Assembly (NCBI RefSeq): GCF_964355755.1
Contig: NC_092675.1
Coordinates: 11,279,812-11,343,811 of the forward strand
Source of the DNA: Antedon mediterranea
Taxonomy: Eukaryota > Animalia > Echinodermata
Length of the DNA stretch: 64,000 nt
Direction: 5' to 3'
A program made the position numbers and the translations under genes. Positions 52,101 through 61,100 of the stretch are shown piece after piece. Below the pieces are notes generated by a model. The model was not told where the DNA came from. It ran no database searches and saw only the letters and a program-made list of their open reading frames with translations. How positions within the stretch are numbered: the stretch's first letter is position 1; every line of letters begins with the position of its first letter.

Positions 52101-55100
52101 TTAATGTCCATCCATGGAGGATCGGCACTTGGGTTAATTTGGGAAAATCCATAAATTATCCTTAAGGATCGAGAGTGCACAGGCAGCTTTATTCCATGGG
52201 CCGCGCCTGTCTATATGAACTCACAGTGTCACCCCTTATATTTCCATTATGGGGCTTTCCATCCATGGAGGATGACCGGTCCTTGGGTTAATTTGGGCAA
52301 ATCCATAAATATTCCTTATGGATGATCGAGGGTGCACAGGGATGTTTATTATATCTCTATGAACACACATTTTTACCCCACATACAGTTTTTCCAATATA
52401 TGGTCTCTTGTAGCCCCACATAGATAACCCCGAAAGGTCCATGAAGGTTGGCTCTTGGGTTCATTTGGGCAAATCAATAAATGTTATTTAAAGATTGAGG
52501 GTGCACATTTAGTTTTATTCTATAGTTAATCTATGAACTATTTACCCCATATTCATTTCTAATACACGGCCTTATGTAGCACAACACATTCGGGCAAATC
52601 CATAATTGTAAGACACAAAAAAGAATACACTGCGTCCTCACTGTTGTTATACGACTCAATCTCAAACTTTAATGCAACGTAAAATATGGTACACACGAAA
52701 CATTAATTTGTATGGTATTTGGTTCGAAATCTGTAAGATATAATAATAATAACTCGCAAATTAAGCAATTGCTATAGCGCCATCTATAATGGAAATCACT
52801 CAAGCGTGACGACCGATCTACGCTACAATCAGTACGATCGGACAAAATGAATACGCTATAAATAACTAAACTATAGGAAAACCGTCAGCGGTGGTTCTAA
52901 ACAATGTAACTAACCACATAACACATGAAATATAAACAATATGATTATCAAATTCTATGTTAATAAATCCAGGTGATCTGTAAATATATCTACGTTAACA
53001 TGTTATTTCTGTATACTAGCTATCATTATACAAGTTTGCGTACGTAACATTTACACAAGATGGACGCCAAAGGCGAAAACTACATGCATCCTCATCAACA
53101 CTTGTGCATAAACTAATTATTAAATATTATAACGTTGATTCTGATTATGATCTAACAATGATTAACTATACTAATACTCACTCTTGAGCTCTCAATTAAC
53201 AACCGAAAATTAAACTGTAGTTAACAATAATATGCCGTGTCTCAGAAAATCACACACGTGCGTCTATTACTGCTTCTCGTTACCTACTCTAACATAAAAA
53301 ATCACAACATAAATATAGAGGGCGTACTTCAATATCCTAAACGATACACTCCCCCACCAAAAACAACACTAAACTATTGTTCTTCAATTGGAAGGATTAC
53401 AACTAATCGTTGCACAGCTCGTTTTAATGTTGTTACTAAACCAGTTTCTGTATGAACTCGAACTTCCGCATTCCTCACTCTATCATCAGTACTTTGGTAT
53501 GTCTCTGTTACCCTGCCTAATCTCCATTTACCTCTAACTGCATTACTATCTTGTATCAACACAACGTCACCCTTCTTCACATCACGTCTTATGGTATGCC
53601 ATTTCTGTCTTATAATCAATGAAGGAAAATAATCCCGCGTCCACTTCTTCCAAAACCCATTTACCAAGCATTGTATGAACTTCAGTCGATCCTTAATGCT
53701 TACGTTATCACTCCATGGTTCATCTGGTACCTTTCCAGTAGATCTGCCCAACAATAAATCATTTGGAGACAGATATGACCCATCCTGTGGATCTGTAGGA
53801 TGCTTTCCAATCGGCCTCTCATTTGTTAAATTCGCTACTTCAAACATAACAGTCTGAAGTTCACTGAAGGCAAGCACCTGTCCACCGATTGCATGACTAA
53901 GCGCTTTCTTAATCCCTCTAATCAGACTCTCAGTCACTCCATTCTGCCAGGGAGCATCAGGTGTAGAAAACTTCCACGTTGTGCCATGGTTTACCCCAAA
54001 ACTCTTCAACTGTTTGGCTGCTGCACTCAGCTGTGTCCCAGCATCGCTGTATATTTCTTTGGGGTATCCTCGAAGTGAAACGAACTTTCTGAACACTTGC
54101 AGGAACGCGTCTGTACTATAGTCAGTGGCTATGTCGATGTAGACTGCTCTCGTCACAAAACAATCAAAAACTACACCGTATGCCTTTCCTCGAGCTCGCT
54201 TGTTAACTTCACCTCTTGTTGTGAATGGCCCAAATAAATCAACCCCTATATACATCCATGGTGGTGATGGTTTCAGTCGAGTAATTGGTAACGGTCCCAT
54301 TTTCTGAGCTGCAGTGTTTTTCTCAAACCGCCTACAAGTTACACAATGGTACTTAATGCTTTTGACCATTCTCTGTACGTCAATTATCCAGTATTTCGAT
54401 CGAATCTTGGCAACGGTTGACTGCACTCCCAAATGCCCTTTACTATGGATTTCTTTAGCGTATAGTTTCGTAAAAGCGTTATCGTATGGCAACAAAGGTA
54501 CTTCTTGCTTATTGTAGCTGAAATGTACGTTTCGACTTATTCTTTTTCCCACAACAATTACTCCATCTTCACGAATCTTAGGCCCCAAGCGAGCGTATGT
54601 CTTGTCAAATTTAGTTTTATCTTTGGATAATAGATTTATCATTATTTTCTGCGATTCCTTTATCCAGAAATGTTCCGCACCTTTAGTATCCTTGACCTCG
54701 ATCTCTTCTAATATACTCTTTAGTCTCCTTTTCTCATACACTTTGAGAACTCTGGCAGTCACCCTTAACAACTTCTGATACTTGCTCTGCCGTCTAATTA
54801 TTCTATCAGCTAATGAGTCTTCCTCTTCGATGTTCACTGCCATGACTATCTTCACTCGTTCTGGAAGGGTCTTTATATTACAACTTTGTTCAATTGGCCA
54901 ATTCTCAACTGGCTGTCGCAAAAACTCTGGTCCCTTTTGCCACTCACTATTTGGCCCAATCTGGGATGGATTCATTCCTCGTGTGATTGCGTCCGCTATA
55001 TTAACCTCTCCTCTACACCACCACCAATCTTGAGGTTCCGTGTCTTGTTGTATCTCCCCGATTCTCGTGGCGGCAAATGTTTTGAACCCATAGCTTTGTT

Positions 55101-58100
55101 TTTGTACCATGGCTCGTACAATCTCGCTGTCTACAATATAAAAAACTTGGTCAAACTTAATTCTCGTCTCATTTATGATATATTGTGCCAATCTCTTACT
55201 CATCACCGCTGCACTTAGCTCCAATCGCACCACGCTAATAATCTCTATTGGAGCAACCCTGCTTTTACTGGCAACGATTTGAGATGAAAATTGTCCGTCC
55301 CACTGTTCGTAACGGACGTATGCCACTGCGCCTAACGCCTTCTCGGACGCATCAGAAAACATAATCAAACTTGGTAATATGCCTGGCTTTGCATCCAGCG
55401 GTTTAACGCATCTCCTAAATTCGACGCTTGATGTTGTACTTAAATCTTCAAATAAATCTATCCACTCCGCTCTCTCACTCGTGTTTATAGCTTCATCCCA
55501 CTCTAATTTAGCTCCCCACAGCTTTCGAAGTAGAATCTTTGCCCTCACAGTGATTGGAGTTATCAACCCCAAAGGATCATACACAGAATTGATTTTGCTT
55601 AGGCATATACGTTTGGTTAACACTTCTGGTATCTCCTTGAATGTACGAACGTTGTCAGTGAACGCAAGAACGTCATCACCTGGTTTCCAACTGATTCCTA
55701 ACACCTTCTCTTCCTTTGGATTCCATGTTTCTTCAAGCTTTTCTCTTCCCGAGAATATCCAATGCTTTATGGCGAAATTTCCTGGCTGTATTAATTTCTC
55801 TATTTCTTCCGCTCGTTGCCTTGCTTTCTTTGCGGATTCTTCACACTCCAGAATGTCATCCACATAAACATTGTTTAAAACTGTCTCTGCGGCTTCAGGT
55901 GTTGACAGTTTCCCTGCTTCTGCCGTTTTCCTCAAAGCCACTGTTGCTATGGTGGCAGATGGACGGTCTCCAAAATTTACAGCAGTCACGCAATAGGTTT
56001 TTGGTAGGGTATTCTGGTTCAAATCTCTCCAGAGAAACCGATGACAGTGCTGATCCAGCTGGGTGATAGCAACACTATGATACATCTTTCTTATGTCACC
56101 TACCAGTGCATGAGGTCTTTCTCTGAATCTCAGTAGAACAGCTAACAAGTCATTAACAAGGTCGGGTCCTTTGGCCCAATAGTCGTTAAGAACATGTCCC
56201 TTGTAGGCCGCACTGCTATTAAAGACGATTCGCACTGGGGTGCTGGAACTATCAGGCTTTTCTACTGCATGGTGAGAAATATAATGTATTGGTCCTTTGT
56301 ATTCTTGCAATTCCGTTTCCTTTATTTCTCTCGCCACCCCTCGTTTCAACATATCTGCTATTTGCTCTTCGTATATCTTTTTCTTTGCTGAGTCTTTCAT
56401 TAATCTTTTCTCTAGCGCTGCTAACTTCGCCACCGCCACTTTTTTGTTATCTGGTAGATTGTTTGGGTCTTTGATCCAAGGGTACCTTGCGGTCCATTTA
56501 CCTGCTTCATACAGTAAGTTGTCTTCTATCAACTTTAATTCACGTTCTTCTTTCAAAGTGTACTTCTGCGCTCCACTGGGGCATTTGCCACATCGACACG
56601 AACCACATTTAGGCTGACAGTTAACCCCCATACTTTCTATCGTCAGAAAGTCGTCAAAGGACGTTGTCTTAACATAGTTCACTAGTATTCCTGCCCCTTC
56701 TTCCCATTCGATAGAAGGATGAGACCCTCCAATACACTGACCAAACTGGTTTTTCAGTAGAACTAGATGACCACATGCCTTGATCTTCGTCGGATGGTAA
56801 CCAGCATACTCGTATCCAACTAACAAGTCGACCTCTCCAGTTGGTCTCTTGACCTGCTCAGGATATACATTAAGTATTTTGGCGAGGTTTTCTAAGTTCT
56901 GATTGCCAATTTTTGCCGTTATCTTCGGAATCCCATAGGCTTCTACTGCAACACAGTTTCCCATATTATCATTCAGTAATATTTTATATTTCATGCTGTC
57001 GATGCATTCGGTTTGCCCGCCTACTTTGATCATGCTTATTTTCACTGGCCTTCCCTTTGCCTTTATGCGTTTGGCCGCATCATGTGTGATTAATGACGCT
57101 GTCGCACAACTATCCCAAAGAGTGTTGAGCTCGTTCTTGCCGCTCCTCACTTTCATCAATTGTAACAAACAAGGGTCAGATTTCATCTGTAAGCTATTTT
57201 CAAGGGACGACACTGTCGGAATTGGTTCTGTGTTCTGAGTCTGCTGATGTAACAGCTTGTGATGAAGTCTCCTGCAACCATCCGTATCGCATTGCTTCTT
57301 CCCTTTACACTTAGCAATGATGTGGCCGGCTGTTAGGCAGCAGAAACATGCTCGGTTTTCTTTCAAGATGTTCAGCCTCTCATCCACAGATTTGTTCAAG
57401 AAGGTTCGACAATTCTTGGTTTCGTGTTGACTTTCTTTGTGTAGAAGGCACTTTGGTCTGCTAGATATTTCTACCATGTGCATCGATGCGGCTGCTTTGG
57501 TGGGTTGGTTTGTCCGTATTGCCCCCATTGCGTATTCTACACTTCTTCTTTCTCTTGTCAGAAATTTCAGTAGTTCTGGGAATCTATCAGTTTTATCGAC
57601 ACCGTTGGCTTCTTCATGCATATGTCGGACCCATCTTCCAAACACTGATGGTGGTAGTTTCTTTTCTATCTCTCCCACCACCTTGGAATTAGATATTTCT
57701 CTTTCTAGTCCTGCTCTTTTCAGGTCGTGATAACTTGCTTCCACTTTGTCGATATATGTCACTAGTTTGTTATCTTCGCCATCTTTAATTTCTCGTTTCT
57801 GTTCTAATTCACTTACAATTGTATCTACCAATTTCACTTTGTCGCCATATCTCTCGTCAAGCCTTTCCCACATTAAATCAATATTATCTTCAACTGGTCC
57901 CAGAATTTTTAGCGGTGCTTGCCCTAGAGTTTGCCTCAAGGCAAACGACAATTGTTTAGGATGTGTCACAGGAATCACGAAAGTCTTGATGTCCTCCTTA
58001 AATCTAGCGTATCTTCTAACGTTACCTTCAAATCTAGGCAAATCCATCTTTTTTAGTTGCAGTGTTGATCGCTTTTCCTTTGGATCTCGTTCATCTTCCT

Positions 58101-61100
58101 GAACTTTCACTGGTGGGTTTACGTTAGCTTTATATTTGATAACACCACGACGGACGTCGTTGAATCTGTTCTGTACCTCTTCTATCCATGCTGCTTGTTC
58201 AGCATCTTCTGGATCTTCTATTTTCATTTGAATCTCTACATGTAAGTCTTGGATTTTCTTCCAGATCTCAGTCATATCTACAATCAGAATCTCTAGATAT
58301 TCTACCGGACTGGACTCTTCCATTGCTTGCTGTATTGTCTTTATGACTCTGGTCATAGCACCTTTCTGCACACTACGTCTTCTTTTTATCTCATCCATTT
58401 CAATGGATTGTAGTAAAGATAGGAATTTCGAATGTAAGACACAAAAAAGAATACACTGCGTCCTCACTGTTGTTATACGACTCAATCTCAAACTTTAATG
58501 CAACGTAAAATATGGTACACACGAAACATTAATTTGTATGGTATTTGGTTCGAAATCTGTAAGATATAATAATAATAACTCGCAAATTAAGCAATTGCTA
58601 TAGCGCCATCTATAATGGAAATCACTCAAGCGTGACGACCGATCTACGCTACAATCAGTACGATCGTACAAAATGAATACGCTATAAATAACTAAACTAT
58701 AGGAAAACCGTCAGCGGTGGTTCTAAACAATGTAACTAACCACATAACACATGAAATATAAACAATATGATTATCAAATTCTATGTTAATAAATCCAGGT
58801 GATCTGTAAATATATCTACGTTAACATGTTATTTCTGTATACTAGCTATCATTATACAAGTTTGCGTACGTAACATTTACACAAGATGGATGCCAAAGGC
58901 GAAAACTACATGCATCCTCATCAACACTTGTGCATAAACTAATTATTAAATATTATAACGTTGATTCTGATTATGATCTAACAATGATTAACTATACTAA
59001 TACTCACTCTTGAGCTCTCAATTAACAACCGAAAATTAAACTGTAGTTAACAATAATAATATGCCGTGTCTCAGAAAATCACACACGTGCGTCTATTACT
59101 GCTTCTCGTTACCTACTCTAACATAAAAAATCACAACATAAATATAGAGGGCGTACTTCAATATCCTAAACGATACAATAATGGTTATTTTAGAATCCTT
59201 TGTGTACAGGCAACTTTTTCCTGTAGGCCTATGGGCCAAAAAAAAAAGTGCAAATCCATAAGTGTTCCTATATAAAAATTGTGTCTGTCTGTGTAGTGAG
59301 TTGTGGATTGATTTTGGCCACCTGGATCTGCCTATGCAAATTTTAACAGTCAATATTAATTTTATTATTTATTTTAATGTATTATAAATAATGCGCACTA
59401 GAAAAAATACCATAACTTCACTGATCAAATAACGATCGATCTCATAGTTTGAATTGACTAATAATATGAATAATATGAAAATAACTTTGCATTATTTAGT
59501 ATATCACTTGTTCAAATGTTGACCTTTGACCTATGTCAACTGGTGTAATGATGAATGTGCTCTTTTGATTGTGTATGATTGATAACAGAATGGTAAAACA
59601 TAACATTTTGTCTTAAATTTTAGTTTTTATTTGGTTTTATTTGGTTTTATATGCAAATTTTGTGATTGGTCAATATTGACATTTGACCTTTAATTGCAAA
59701 GTATTTGTTTTACAAGGCGACTGAATAGATATCTATAACTATACAAATGTATTAAAAGACCAAATTGAACTTGAACAATAGATTGGTTATAATACATATG
59801 TATTATACATTGTTATAATTAGTCAATTTTGAACAAGTTTGACCCATTATCTCTTCCTATCCTGATCGAAGTCTGATTTGATTAACTACAGTATTATAAT
59901 TATATTAATCAAAATTATAATGAAATAACATAACTTTTACTGATCAAATAATTTGATTACTTGTAAAACCATCAATATCATAGTTTCAACAACTTTGCAT
60001 TTATTTGTTAACTAAAGACGCGTATTAAAATGTTAACCTTTGACCTTATGTCAACTGATGAAATTGATCATATGTCAACTGATGAAATGATGTATTCACT
60101 CTTTTACATTGCGCACGATTGATTAACACAATTAGAAAACATAAAGCCTAATATTGTTTGATAAACATGACAATGACATTATATATTAATCAGTAATATT
60201 TTCTGACATAGTCCTAGTCTCACATGGCGCGACGTTCAACACATCATCGTATGGACTTCAGAGTACGCACCGTTAAAATCAAACGATGGATGGAAATCTA
60301 ACGGAATAGGTCTCAAAGTAAATTCAAATTTTGGTTTTGGTCTTCTCAACACACATGCAATAGTAGAGATGGCAGACCCAAAAGTATGGAAATCTGTTCC
60401 GCCAAAGAACAAATGTCAAATGGGATCTTACAAACCAAGGCAAGTCTTTGATAACAATTATACATTGAATTTATGTATTCTTCTCTACACGGTTTTAAAT
60501 TGGTTTAAAATATGGTATATTAGAGAGGTTTTGCAATCCTACGAATGCGATAACGAAAATAAATTTCAGCGAAGCCCAGGTACGTGTTGCTTGGTGCTTG
60601 GCTGCTTAGGCCTCCTGGTCGACAACGACAACGACATCACAGCGAGTGAGGACTGCTATTTATCAAAATTGACCTGGCATTTTAGTAAATTACTTTCAAT
60701 AAATCTATAATTATATTATAATCATGAATCTTTCCTCATTAAAATGCACAATGTGCAAAAATAGATCAAAAACTATACTCGTTTTGTAGTTACGAATATG
60801 ACTGGTGATATTCGTTACGAATACGCTTTACTAATATGAAATAGGGATCAGCTCAAAAGTTTTACAAATGTGTGACGTATCCGTTTTCGTTCGTATTCGT
60901 AAGGTTGCGAAACATCCCTATTAGTGCGTATATGGGCGATTAAAACAACATTTACTGATTGGCTATTTCTTACCTTTCTGATCATGATTTGTGTATTATT
61001 ATATATAATTAATGTAATCAACATTAGTCTTAGCGTATTATGAGGAATTGATTTTTTAAATGTCACTAGTTGTATCTATTATGTCTTATATGATTTAAAA

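Larger units (their letters stand above)
52607..59177 (-). mobile_element. Full-length BEL/Pao LTR retrotransposon, antisense in PC1/3 intron 8
   Basis: TG...CA LTRs at 52607-53348 and 58433-59177. 5-bp TSD ATAAT (52602-52606, 59178-59182). PPT tgggggag next to the 3' LTR. Single intact polyprotein. Confidence 0.98.

Noticed and set aside
53237-59353. Small ORFs in the LTRs and antisense to pol, and the track start at 58491
   Set aside because: LTR ORFs are short non-ATG frames duplicated with the LTR. The 58491 start is a TTG inside the LTR; the first ATG is at 58398.
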